A stretch of 64,000 bases of DNA, taken from positions 19,590,621 to 19,654,620 of the forward strand of contig NC_092661.1 in the NCBI RefSeq assembly GCF_032118995.1. The letters run 5' to 3'. Numbering within the stretch: position 1 is the stretch's first letter; every line of letters starts with the position of its first letter. Made by a program: the position numbers and the translations under genes. Under the pieces are notes generated by a model. That model did not search any database. It worked only from the letters and a program-made list of their open reading frames with translations, and was not told where the DNA came from. Positions 35,425 to 46,665 of the stretch are shown one piece after another. This stretch comes from Asterias amurensis. Its lineage: Eukaryota.

Positions 35425-36543
35425 GTACATTTTACTAAACTTTTTGGCCTATTGTTCTTTCACCATTTCATACATGTAGTTTCAATGCATATTCTCTCTC
35501 ATTACTTCATATTGAACTTTAGTGTTTGTTATTAGTAGTGCATGAAACTGAAGAAAGCTTTTTTTCCCTGAAATTTGTTCATCACTTGTTGCTTGATTCT
35601 GTGATGTGTACACTGTGACCTGCTGGTAGTAGTATAAAAATATCTCTGAACAGCTGTAGAAAAAGTGAAAGGTACGTTACAGAATCCGTAAGAAAACAAA
35701 ATCGTGAAGATCACAGATTTACATCAAACTCAGATGGTCTAATGATGATGATAGTAAAAAACATCCCATAAAATATTTCTGCCTAAAATGCCATATTTGA
35801 TGAGAAATAAACAATTTTTCTTTGTGTTTGGAGTTTATCGCTCAGTGAGCGTTTTATACATTTTTTTGTTTTGTTTGCATCAATGTCATGCAAAATGTGT
35901 CATCGGATTTTCTCATGACCCATATAGCTGAACGATCTCAAACTTCTACAGGTTTGTCAGTGTATATTTTGAATTACATAAAGTGCTTACACTGCCAGCA
36001 ACTGTTTTGTTAGCAAAAACCAATTCTGTAATGTTCCTTTAAGAATCATAATAAAAAATTGTTGATAAGGGTACTTTTTGCATTATTTCCCATCCTTCAA
36101 TATTTTGCTGTTCCTGAGTGCATATCTCTTTAGATACAACTGCAACTTCTCTAGGAGGGGCACCTTGAGTTCAAATCCCACCGAGAAGTGGGACGTAGTC
36201 TGGGACTGTTTATCCCACACGACTAAATAAAGCACTGAGTATGCTAAGCTTCCCATTCTTCAGTATAAGGATAATACAAATTATCCCAATTATAATAACG
36301 TTCACAATTTTTCACCAAAATTGAGTTGAGCCTGCCGAACTAACTGCTGGGCTACGGTTAGTCACAGCGCGTAATCTATTCCTAAGCTATTTCTCTCATA
36401 GCAAACTGGATTTACACTAGTTTTCTCAAAAATCGAACACTTGTGATAACATTTCGTCTTAACTAACTGCTGCAACCTTCCACTTATAAATGTTTTAGTT
36501 TATTGATAATTACTTACAAATTATATAATTTCTTTTTGTAAAG

Positions 36544-36597
36544 ATTATATGTGTGCCTATTCAGCTATTGACATGGGGTATGAAGAAGTTGCAGATG
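36544..36597 (+). CDS. PARP4: possible alternative 54-nt micro-exon of PARP4 (frame-neutral)
   Basis: Weak acceptor ttgtaaag|ATTATATG, good donor GCAGATG|gtaagt. Encodes (D)YMCAYSAIDMGYEEVAD. Including or skipping it both preserve the frame. Confidence 0.25.
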
Positions 36598-37574
36598 GTA
36601 AGTAACACTGGTAGTAAATTGGTTTGTGTAGGGTGGGGGTAGATATACACAGGTGGCCATAACAAAAGGGGCAAGAGGTCCACAGTCTGCACAAAGGGAA
36701 AACAATTCCACAGTGGAGTTTGACGTACTAGGGTGATCCACAAGGAAATTTGTACACAAAGTCTATGTGGGTTCTTAATTACAGGGAAATGCAGACAATG
36801 GGAGAACAAAGAGAATTCCTCGGTACACCATGAATATACATGTTTGTGTGTGTGTATACAGCCCATATTAAAAGCTGATTGAAAACTGCTCACCAACTAA
36901 AATAAAGTGAGGTACAAATGCAAATGCAGGTAACAATTGTCAATCGCCAGACACATCAAACTTAGCGGAGATTTTCTAATTAGCTTAATGAAAACTCACC
37001 ACACAAGCACACTGGTGTAACAGAAGAGGACAAGGAAATACACTCGGAAGAGGTATAAGATGAAAAAAACAACAGGAAGGGGGATTGAGATGGAAAGTTA
37101 GTGGTTACCTTTGGTAGATATATATCACATCCCAATTACACAGTAAAAAAAAGTGCTTTGAAAGTATGGTTTCATTTTTATCAACAATGTGAGGTTTCTA
37201 AGGAAATTAGGCACCACAAAAGAAATCCCTTAGAAAACAGAACACCACACAAACCTGCATGTTTAATGTATGAACCTACTCTATGGCAGGATAGATTTTT
37301 AACATCGTTACTAAATAACAATAAATAATAAATCCTTCTTGTAAAGTGCATTCTGGCAAGGCCCCAATGCACTGTACAGGCATGAAACTATTTTAAAGAA
37401 CACAAACAAATTATTCAGCTACACATTGTTATACAAAAACGCATAAATAGAAATTTTACAAGATAAAGAAAAACAACTGGCAGGAGAAAATGTTTGACAA
37501 GTCACATGCTTAGCAGATGTGTTTTAAGTGAACTCTTGAACAAATCTTGTGTTTCTTTTTTTTTTTAACTACAG

Positions 37575-37742
37575 CTATATCTCAACCCCTAGAAGATGAG
37601 GATATTATGGACACATATTCTTTAGGACTCCCTGAGGTGGAAGGGGAGTACGAGTTTCCAGTAGAAGCTCAGCAAGCAATGTCAAAGATCAGACGTCGCT
37701 TCTTTTCATCAGAGGGGGGTAAAATAAAGGGAGAAAAGAAAG
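37575..37742 (+). CDS. PARP4: PARP4 exon 26
   Basis: Acceptor ttttttaactacag|CTATATC, donor AAGAAAG|gtagga. Encodes ISQPLEDEDIMDTYSLGLPEVEGEYEFPVEAQQAMSKIRRRFFSSEGGKIKGEKK. Confidence 0.55.
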
Positions 37743-38265
37743 GTAGGATGTAAAACATTAGTTTAATTATACTTCAGTTGAAATGCATTGTTGGGGACTA
37801 ATACTTCTTTAGCCACGTCCATAAAAATTGTGTCCATCCACGGTTTTATTTTTCAGAGCGTGTTAGAGCTTCTTGAGTAATTGTTTTATTTAGTTCCAGG
37901 ATTTCATTTCGTCACATGAGAAAATTGAGTCGGCATCACTGTGATTCACAAAGCCATGAACCATGGCAAAAAATCTGACTTGACCAACATAAATACTCTC
38001 TTGGAAACTATAACTGTGTGTGTCAAATCAGTCTTATTCATATATCACTTCCATAATTTACATTACAGTGTTAGAAAAAATGCTTTGAAAATAATTATGT
38101 GGGGTTCTTTAGGAAAGTAACTGCTAAAGAAATCCCTAGAAAACAAAGACATCTCAGAAAAAAACACCTGGCATCTGCATCTCGAATTCAACAATGGTGT
38201 ATTCTATGAAAGATAGTATGTTATCATTGGTACTTTGTATTAAACTACAGCTGTATTCAGGAAAG

Positions 38266-38442
38266 AAGAAAGTGACTCTGAAGAGGATATGTATGATGGA
38301 TTCTGTGCTGATAATGAGATTAAAGAGATTAGTGCAGACTACGATGCGGTACAAGTAGAACCAGAGCAAGAGAAACCAAGAATCATAACCAAGAGACACC
38401 TTAGGGGAGCTGTAAAAGGAAGTATGAGGATGGATCATCCAG
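38266..38442 (+). CDS. PARP4: PARP4 exon 27 (an alternative acceptor at 38261 is possible)
   Basis: Acceptor caggaaag|AAGAAAG, donor CATCCAG|gtaagt. Encodes ESDSEEDMYDGFCADNEIKEISADYDAVQVEPEQEKPRIITKRHLRGAVKGSMRMDHP. Confidence 0.5.
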
Positions 38443-39165
38443 GTAAGTTCAATTATTCTACAATTGAAATGCAGCTTTAGGAATGACACTTATTTAAGAG
38501 TACGGTACCTACCTTTTGAAACATCAAGTCCCATGTGTCATGTCAGTCTCAATCAAATTTGGTGAGTTATTCACTCACTCACGTCAAGTTGCCAGCTTGT
38601 GGTGATGATCTGTTGCTGACATTGCACACATCTCTGCCCCGAGCAAGTTACAACCTCTGCTTAATGTTCTCTTTCCAGTATTGACCAGTAATGGCCAGTA
38701 TATGTGGATAAAGGTCAATTGCTTACAATTCACTGGCTCGTCTGCCAAATTAGTACAATAAGCAGAAAGCATTTTATTATTGGGCATCAATGCACTTGGT
38801 ATTTTAAAACCATTTCTCTTTTGTGATTTAATTGCTTGCGTGTCGATTTCACAAAGATAGTCTTAGGAGTTATTAAAAACTCAAGGCTAGTCCTAAGTTA
38901 GGACGAGTAACTTGACCTAACTCGAGATGATACTAGTCTCAACTCTTTGTGAAATCCACCCTGGTTCTTTAATACGCATACACTACATATGGGACCATCA
39001 GCTTTGACATCCCACCTGAAGGACAAACCAATACTAGTTTAGTGTCTTGCGTATGAACACAAGTGTCATAACCGATAAACTAAACCAGTTGACACAACTT
39101 TGACATGACTTATTGTAAACAATAAACAACACTTTACCATCATCCATACAAATTTATTCTTTTAG

Positions 39166-39287
39166 AACATGTTAAATTACCATGCCCACTCAAAAAGAGG
39201 ACACCAGCAGTTGGTGCGTTGATGAAGGAATCGAATGAAGAAGATTTTAAGAAAGTCATGCCCATTTCTTGTGGGTTCTCGACAAAG
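39166..39287 (+). CDS. PARP4: PARP4 exon 28
   Basis: Acceptor ttattcttttag|AACATG, donor ACAAAG|gtaaac. Encodes HVKLPCPLKKRTPAVGALMKESNEEDFKKVMPISCGFSTK. Confidence 0.5.
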
Positions 39288-40267
39288 GTAAACAGCTTTT
39301 TATTATAACACCCTTTCAAAGATTCTACCTTGTGATAAGTTGAGAACACATCACATGTCTTATTTTTTTTTGAAAGCCACAAGCTATACTCTAAGCAACC
39401 AATTGTTCTTCACCCATGGAAATGAGTGTATTACACCTACAGCAACCAGTCTTCTACACCCATGGAAATGAGTGTATTACAGCAACCAGTGTGCTAGCAG
39501 CAGTAGCTTCGTGGTAACCAGATGTCAAGGCACAATGTTGACCCAACTCACCTGACGCCATGTTCAGAATAATCTTGCATACCCCATATTGGTTGTCAAT
39601 GTCATTGTGTGTTATTCAATGAAGTGCGCATTTTAGGCAATGCGGCGTTTACACGTAAACCTATTGCGAACCAAAATGATGGCACAGTCGCCGCGTATAA
39701 CTTGCGTGGAAGGGGTCAATATGTATGGGGTGTTAAAAAACAAATGTTTACTGCTTTTACTGTGCATGGTTTAAACTACCACTAATCAGTGATATCTTTG
39801 TTCAGGACCTTGTCACTAGAGATTTACCCATTCAGTTCCCCTTGCAATCTATTGCTTGATATCTGAAACAAAAAGTTGTATCATCTTAAGGTGATGTCCC
39901 CTGGCTTTCCAGGCTGTATCGTAAACTTGGGTGTGATCCCTGATATTTGTTTTAGTATGTAAGTTCTTATTTATGAAATCAATCTTGGTTTCCAAGTGAG
40001 ATTTCACAGAAGCCTCTTCTTAAATATTTTCTGACTCATTATTCAATTGTGGGTGGTAAAAATACATGATTTGAGAAGTGTCTATATTTTGTCCTTTCTC
40101 TGCTTGCCACAACCCTTCAATGAAATTTGTATTACATGGAAATTTGTATTTAGGTGGAAAAACAACAACAGCAACAGCAGCAAGCTGTTGATGTTAAGCA
40201 GTAAATAAATGTAAAATTTTTGTAATTCAGCCTTTTTGCTGTGAGGACAGTTTTTTTAATAAACCAT

Positions 40268-40270
<3 letters not shown>

Positions 40271-40316
<46 letters not shown>
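40271..40316. repeat. (ATCT)n microsatellite (about 11.5 copies) forming the polypyrimidine tract of the PARP4 exon-29 acceptor
   Basis: tctatctatcta...tctatcag|ATG. Confidence 0.9.
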
Positions 40317-40318
40317 AG

Positions 40319-40528
40319 ATGTTGTCAAGCATTCAATCAGAAGTTACATGTGATGAAAAAAGTAAGAAGAAGAAGAAGAAGAAGGCGGGACCCAAGTTGG
40401 ATGAAGATGTCAGAACAGACTCTTGGGAAGCAAGTGAGGTTCAACAACAGCCCATGTCTAACATATACAGCATTTTTCATTTAGATTTATTGCCTGAATT
40501 GAAAAGTGTCGATGAGACTATGCCTAAG
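40319..40528 (+). CDS. PARP4: PARP4 exon 29 (the acceptor's polypyrimidine tract is an (ATCT)n microsatellite)
   Basis: Acceptor (tcta)n tcag|ATGTTG, donor CCTAAG|gtaagc. Encodes MLSSIQSEVTCDEKSKKKKKKKAGPKLDEDVRTDSWEASEVQQQPMSNIYSIFHLDLLPELKSVDETMPK. Phase 0 to 0. Confidence 0.55.
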
Positions 40529-40835
40529 GTAAGCATTAATTATATCAGTGAGGGCCTACCATTATTTGTGTACCCCTTTGACATCAGTTTCAGTGACTTT
40601 CACATACAACTAAATCTAAAGTCAATACGATTTGCCTGTTAATATTTGTCAATGTAAGAACAACTAATTTATGAAAACTTTTGTTTGTATTGAGTGGGAT
40701 TAAACAAGTTGTTAGAACCATTGATGTTAGTATACATGTATGCTAGTTTGGGAACTAATTTTGTTTGTAAAAAGACAAACAGTTTTCTTGTTTACCATTG
40801 TCTAAAAGCTTGTGACTATGTTTTTTTTTTCTCAG

Positions 40836-42147
40836 GGCTTTGAGAAATTCAAAAAACAAGTGGAAGGTTCAAATAAAAAGAAGGAAGTAACAGCTGGTTC
40901 GGAGGCAGTATTTGACAGTTCAATGTCAGAAATACACAAAAGCTTGTTGTCTGGACCTAAAGCTTCCCGGCAATCACTGCCACATCTGTCACTCATGTCA
41001 TATGCATTAGGATCATCTGTGGAAAAAGGACCTCCATCACTACCATCCCCAATCCCAAGTGCATCTGGATTATCTGTAACCGATAGAGGTGAGTCGCCAG
41101 TCAACACAACATTCCAAGCAGCAAAACAAACTGAGGCATCTACATATGGAGAACTTGGTTTATCTCAGCAGCCAGCTATGTTTAAGGGACTTCCACCACC
41201 CACACCACTAGCACTTAGAACTGGATCAGTGGGATTTGGAGAAGCCAAGGCTGGTTTGTTTGGTGGACCTCCACCACCACCACGAGCCATTGTGTCAGTG
41301 GGATTTGGAGAAGCCAAAGCAGGTTTGTTTGGTGGACCTCTACCACGACGACCAGCACCTAGGACAGGGGGAATTCAAGACACCAATGCAGGTTTGTTTG
41401 GTGGACCATCACCACCAGCACCTAGGGTAGGGCGATTTGGAGAAGCCAGGTCATTATCGTTTGGTGGACCACCACCACCACTAGCACCACCACCTAGGGC
41501 AGGGCGATTTGGAGAAGCCAAGGCAGGTTTGTTTGGTGAACCTTCACCACCACCACCTAGGGCAGGGCGATTTGGAGAAGCCAAGGCAGGTTTGTTTGGT
41601 AAACCTCCACCACCAGCACCACCACCTAGGGCAGGGCGATTTGAAGCCAATGCAGGTTTGTTTGGTGAACCTCCACCACCACCACTACCACCTAGGGCAA
41701 GGCGATTTGAAGCCAATGCAGGTTTGTTTGGTGAACCTCCACCACCACCACTACCACCTAGGGCAAGGCGATTTGAAGCCAATGCAGGTTTGTTTGGTGA
41801 ACCTCCACCACCACCACTACCACCTAGGGCAGGGCGATTTGAAGCCAATGCAGTGTTGTCAGCACCAGCACCACCGCCACCACCACTACCAGCATCACCA
41901 CCACTGGCAACACCTATGGCAGTGGTACTTGGAGTGGTTGGCAAGAATCCCCTACAAGAATTACGATTACATCCTCAAAGAAGATCTGCAACTACTAGTA
42001 CCTCTAGAAGATCTACTAGTACCTCTGAAACCTACAAAGCTGCAGGGGAAAGGAGTACCTCTGGAGCAGACCGTACAAACAGTGCTGATAAGTTGTTGAT
42101 GGCCTTGAGTACCACTTTTGAAGACAGACTCTGTGATATTGACAAAG
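40836..42147 (+). CDS. PARP4: PARP4 giant C-terminal-region exon (437 codons) with a Pro-rich tandem repeat array
   Basis: Acceptor tttttttttctcag|GGCTTTG, donor GACAAAG|gtaaga. Single ORF: GFEKFKKQVEG...SVGFGEAKAGLFGGPPPPPRA...(RAGRFEANAGLFGEPPPPPLPP)xN...TSTSRRSTSTSETYK... This parallels the S/P-rich low-complexity region of vertebrate PARP4. Confidence 0.7.
41225..41910 (+). repeat. coding tandem repeat array inside the PARP4 giant exon (unit about 63 bp / 21 aa, about 10 copies)
   Basis: The units read (A/G)GRFGEAKAGLFGG/EPPPPPxPP. The last three copies (about 41640-41830) are near-identical at the DNA level (ccaccaccaccactaccacctagggcaaggcgatttgaagccaatgcaggtttgtttggtgaacctcca). Confidence 0.85.
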
Positions 42148-42405
42148 GTAAGAATATAATGCCTCATTTCAATGTTGTTAAGTTTATGGTTTGCAATGAA
42201 GAATTACTGTAACTACTGTAAAGAGCTCAAATGCATTAGAGCCAACTCAAATAAGTATCGTTCATTAGGAATGTTTATCATTCCTCAATATGTTGTACAT
42301 GTACATTTAAAATTGTTATACCTTTTGATTTTCCGTTATGGAAATTCTGTTTTGACAGTAATGTTTATCGTTTTTGATGTTTTTTCTTTTTTATTAAAAA
42401 TGCAG

Positions 42406-42491
42406 ATCTGGACATTGAGACCAGTGTTGGGATTAGTGATGGTAGAACTAACATCGATGTAGTTATGGTTCTTCTTACACAACAAAGGAAG
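42406..42491 (+). CDS. PARP4: PARP4 exon 31
   Basis: Acceptor aaaaatgcag|ATCTGG, donor AGGAAG|gtagga. Encodes (D)LDIETSVGISDGRTNIDVVMVLLTQQRK. Confidence 0.55.
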
Positions 42492-42981
42492 GTAGGATAC
42501 CATGGCGGCTGGCTTCTTAAATGTAGGTTATAAACACTTACAAATGCTAGTCCTGGCCAATAAGTGGTCTAGTGTATCAAACTCAAGCTCTGGTGTTTCT
42601 GATTAATCTATGTCCTTCGAAGATCATATGTACAGAAGAACAGGCGATGTTGGAGGCTCCGATCAGTAAAAAACGGGAAAGAAAGTAGACATAGAGAAGA
42701 AACGAATAAGACGTCTACCTGTCAGGCGCCCTCAACGTCCACTTGGAAGTTATACGAAACAAATAATGAATGTTTTAACGAAAATATTTTCATTTGTTAA
42801 AAGATTGAATGTTGCATTCAACTCAGCTCTGCCTCGTTGAATAGAACATTCCATCTTTCAACACACATTCGCACCATTGCACTCATAAACATTCATTATT
42901 TTTGTGTATTAGTGTATGAATAATTACAAATTAATTACACTTTATATCTTCTATTAAATCTACTGTAACGCTTTTTTTCAG

Positions 42982-43081
42982 GCTGGATTTTGGTCATTGG
43001 GGTCTGTTTTTGAGTCAGTTGTGGGGGTGAGGTGCTCATACATTTCACAGATGTTGATTGATGCTGGTGTAAAATCACTAG
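42982..43081 (+). CDS. PARP4: PARP4 exon 32
   Basis: Acceptor ctttttttcag|GCTGGA, donor CACTAG|gtaagt. Encodes AGFWSLGSVFESVVGVRCSYISQMLIDAGVKSL, like the vertebrate PARP4 DGFWKL...KGIQSLG block. Confidence 0.65.
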
Positions 43082-43120
43082 GTAAGTAAGATCACTGTAT
43101 GATGAACAATTATCCTCTAC

Positions 43121-43496
43121 TTAAAGCCATTGGACCCTTTCGGTAAACAGTATTTTCCAAGGCCCACACTTCGTGTATCACAACTTCTATATACAATAAC
43201 AAACCTGTGAATATTTGGACTTAATCGGTCATTAGAGTCGGGAGAAAATAACGGGAAAACCCACCCTTGTTTCCGCACGCTTAGCCGTGTCATGACATGT
43301 GTTTAAAATAAATCCGTAATTCTCGTTAACAAGAATTGATATTGTTTTACTGTTTTCTCAAAAAGTAAAACATTTCATGGAATAATATTTCAAAAGAAGT
43401 ATTTCACCACTACCTTCTGTAAACCCTGTAAGTTATTTGTAAATCTGTGAACTTTTTTGTTTTTTTCTGCACCGAAAGGGTCCAATGGCTTTAAAT
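43121..43496. mobile_element. MITE family B (TIR ttaaagccattggaccctttcggt...accgaaagggtccaatggctttaaa), inserted 39 bp downstream of the PARP4 exon-32 splice donor
   Basis: Perfect terminal inverted repeats of about 25 bp. A second copy lies at 59331-59700 in the opposite internal orientation. Confidence 0.8.
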
Positions 43497-43544
43497 AGAT
43501 CAAGTTAAAGGGGCTATATAACTTTTGTAGGACAAAAAACACAA

Positions 43545-43870
43545 TTTCCACAGATTTACACTAAACTTACACAGTTTGAAGATAATAGTAGATAGAAGAA
43601 AGCTTCCCTGAATATAATACATGCTGAGGTGCTGTAGTTTTGGGGAAATTAGTTTAAAAAAATCATGAAAATAATTTTCGTCTCATGAGATGAAAATTAT
43701 TTTAATTATTTACAAACGTATTTTCATGACATTGTTTTTACTCATTTCTCAAAAACTACAGCACCTCAGTTAGTAATATTTGAAGGGAAGCTTTCCACTA
43801 TCATTATCTTCAAACCCTGTAAGTTTAATGTAAATCTATGGACATTGTGAAAAAGTACCCAAATCCTTTA
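43545..43870. mobile_element. foldback/hairpin element (long inverted arms cacagatttacactaaacttacacagtttgaagataatagtag...ctatcattatcttcaaaccctgtaagtttaatgtaaatctatgg)
   Basis: Near-perfect palindromic arms around an AT-rich centre (tcatgaaaataattttcgtctcatgagatgaaaattatttt). Confidence 0.65.
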
Positions 43871-44465
43871 AGAGTCTTCAGGCTGTTTAACAAGTTGTGT
43901 TAATATCGGCCTTCAGTCAACCAAATTAAAGTTCCTGTGTCAAATCAGTGTGATGTAGTTTTTAGTAAACAGTAAAGTTATAAGTTTCGCACAGCTTTGA
44001 GGAAATGTTAGTTTTTCTGGTCTTCTTATTTAAAAAGTCTGTCTATGCAAGACCATGCTGTCACCTTGTCTTGCTCTCAACAAGCTGATTGGACAGAAGT
44101 TTCATTCATAGCGCCATTTCCTTAGAGAACAGTCTTCCTATCTCTTTTGTTTGCAGCATTCCTAAGGAAAGGATTCAATCTTTCAAATGCTTCATGAACA
44201 CCTTACATAAACCAGCAAGGTGATTCTTAGATGCTACTTTTATATATATCGCTGTTTTCTTGTATTCAGCAGTTCTTGAGTCCCAGAGAACCAGGTGATT
44301 AGCCAATCAGAGCTCTTCGTTCAAGGGCCTTTAGTGTGGTTCTATTTTTCTTTCTGTTCATTTATATTGTTATATCTTAATAGGCTATTGTTCACATTTA
44401 CTCCTGATATTAAACAACAAGCATCTACCGAATCTATGTGCACTAAACAACTTGTTTTATTACAG

Positions 44466-44711
44466 GGAGAGACGTGGCTCGACTTCTTGAGCAGCTTGTA
44501 ACAACATACCTCGTCATACTCTGCCTAAACAAGGTTCTGAACCTCTCCTCAACTCGCCACTTCAATAGCAAAGAAAGAGAGAGTACTGTAGAAGCGGTTG
44601 TGAATGCAGAGAGATGGGTAGCCCAGGTCGAGAGGGATCACCCATCCATGGCTCGACGCCTTGAACTTGGAAGTAGTTGGCATGAGGTCTGTACCAACAT
44701 CTTTAATGGAG
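44466..44711 (+). CDS. PARP4: PARP4 exon 33 (MVP-interaction-region homologue; one or more terminal exons not found)
   Basis: Acceptor ttttattacag|GGAGAGAC, donor AATGGAG|gtaaat. Encodes RDVARLLEQLVTTYLVILCLNKVLNLSSTRHFNSKERESTVEAVVNAERWVAQVERDHPSMARRLELGSSWHEVCTNIFNG, like vertebrate ...ICPRLELGNDWDSATKQLLG. Confidence 0.7.
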
Positions 44712-46299
44712 GTAAATAGGTTGCACAGGTGGCGATTTGAACCAAGACAAGATTAAAAGGATAGTTACATGATTAAAGGCAGGGTGTACTTCTGGTAATC
44801 TTCAAAGACAAATATTCTCACTTGGTGTATCCCTGTATATGCATAAATTAAACTTGGGTACAATTGGTTTTTAAAGTTGCACAAATATAATTGAAGAAAA
44901 AACCCACCACCATTTCATAAAAGTGTGTGCTTTCAGATGCAAGTGAAAAGGGTTTGTGAAAACTACCTCTTTCTCTAAAACTACATTTCTTCAAAGGGTG
45001 TATTTCAAAATGTCACCACCCAACAAAATGAACTAGGACACAGGTTGAATTATTGTGGTGTATATTGGATAGCAGAGGAGAGCAACTATTTGGCTCCAAC
45101 ACCAATCATAAAGTATCTTGTCAGACCAATTAGGAAACCAATGAAATAAAAATCTTTGACTTGATTCAGAATAGTGCCAAGAGAAAAAAACAATCTGTTT
45201 CCCCCAAAACACATCTAAACAAGAAAAACATTAATAGACAGTGTGTATATTTTGCTGTGAGATAAAGCTGTCCCCTTGTATATTTGATCCCTTTTTCTAT
45301 CATTTTTATTTTCATAATGAAATCCGTTATTGTCTTTCAAAATTAACAACAGATTATAAAGAACAACTCAATCTTATGTAAACAAGAATAATTTTGTGAA
45401 CAAATAAATTGTTAGAAATATAAATATAATTGACCCTTTGCATACTGCCAACAAGAGTTAAACAGCGCCCTCACTCAGTCTAAATGAAGGCCTCTCATTG
45501 GCTGATAGTTTTGAATGGAGCGTATACTTTTGCATGATTCCATTGTTTGACCTATGCATTGGTTGGCCTATGTAAGGGGCATGTGTATAATGTGGATGTC
45601 ATTTATATTTTTTTATGAATGCAGATAATGTATTACTATGGATACATAACAAATGGTAGACTGTACTTTTTTTATCTTACAATATTGCTATTCAGGACAG
45701 TTCAACCATTTAGAATAATATAGTGTTAAAAAAGAGTATGCTAACATTTAATAAGGCAAATTAGATACATTATAGTCAAGCCAATTTTTTACATATAATA
45801 AAGCAAATTATATGCAATAATCCCTTTCCACTCTTTTTTTCTATAAATGGATATGTATTTGTTTGTACTTGTTTTATGCCTCTGAAGAAGGTCCGGTTTG
45901 GATTGGAAGCTAAGGCCACCTACCCTATTCATTATTAATAATGCAAATTAGATACATTTAATGTAAATTAGATACATATATTACTGATAATTAGGTACAT
46001 ATAATTATGCAAGTAGATACATATAACGCAAATCAGAATTACCATAATCATTGAGACAGTGTGCCTTGTTTTCTAATTGACGAAACAACAGCTATAATTG
46101 GAAATATATAATATTGCCCTTACTGCTCAAAAAAATAATATGAAAATTTGACTGTTCAGTCCGTATCCATATTAAAATAAAATGTGTTTATGGTTAAAAT
46201 TGTTTTTACAAACAACTCGTTCAGCTTCATAGGAGTAAGAGATTGCCTAGTTTAAAATGTTATTAGATTGTTTCTCGGGTTTGATAGAACCTATTTTAA

Positions 46300-46665
46300 A
46301 TACAACGGACACTATTGGTAATTGTCAAAGACCAGTTTTCTCACTTGCTGTATCTTAACATATGCATAAAAGAACAAACCTGTGAAAATTTGAGCTCAAT
46401 TGGTCATTGAAGTTGCGAGATAACAAAGAAAGAAATAAACACTCTTGCCACACGAAGTTGTGTGCTTTCAGATGCTTGATTTCGAGACCTCAAAATCTAA
46501 TTCTGAAATCAAATATGTGGAAAATTACTTCATTCTCGAAAACTAGTACATTACTTCAGAGGGAACCGTTTCTCACAATGTTTTATACTATCAACCTCCC
46601 CCAATTACTCGTTACCAAGTAAGGTTTTATGCTAATAGTTATTTTGAGTAATTATTGCCTTTAAA
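46300..46665. mobile_element. MITE family A copy
   Basis: Near-identical to 27284-27674, including the internal ...ttactcgttaccaagtaaggttttatgc... block. Confidence 0.8.

Larger units (their letters stand above)
20717..44711 (+). other. PARP4: gene span: PARP4 / vault poly(ADP-ribose) polymerase orthologue (the last one or two coding exons were not located)
   Basis: The 32 exons have canonical boundaries and a fully consistent phase chain. Domain order is BRCT, PARP regulatory helical region, PARP catalytic (H-A-S...Y...E with the DDEYVVY motif), VIT, then vWA with a DxSxS MIDAS. A block-by-block match to vertebrate PARP4 continues through the C-terminal ...RLELG..W... segment. Confidence 0.85.

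Noticed and set aside
40241-40318. N-terminal part of ORF 40241..40642 (MRTVFLINHLSIYLSIYLSIY...)
   Set aside because: It is read-through of the (ATCT)n microsatellite. The real exon begins at the AG at 40317-40318.
41375-41944. 189-aa minus-strand ORF (Gly/Ser-rich, GGSGGGGGSPNKPALASNR...)
   Set aside because: It is the reverse complement of the Pro-rich tandem repeat in the PARP4 exon. CCN/GGN periodicity keeps the antisense frame open. There is no independent start or splice context.
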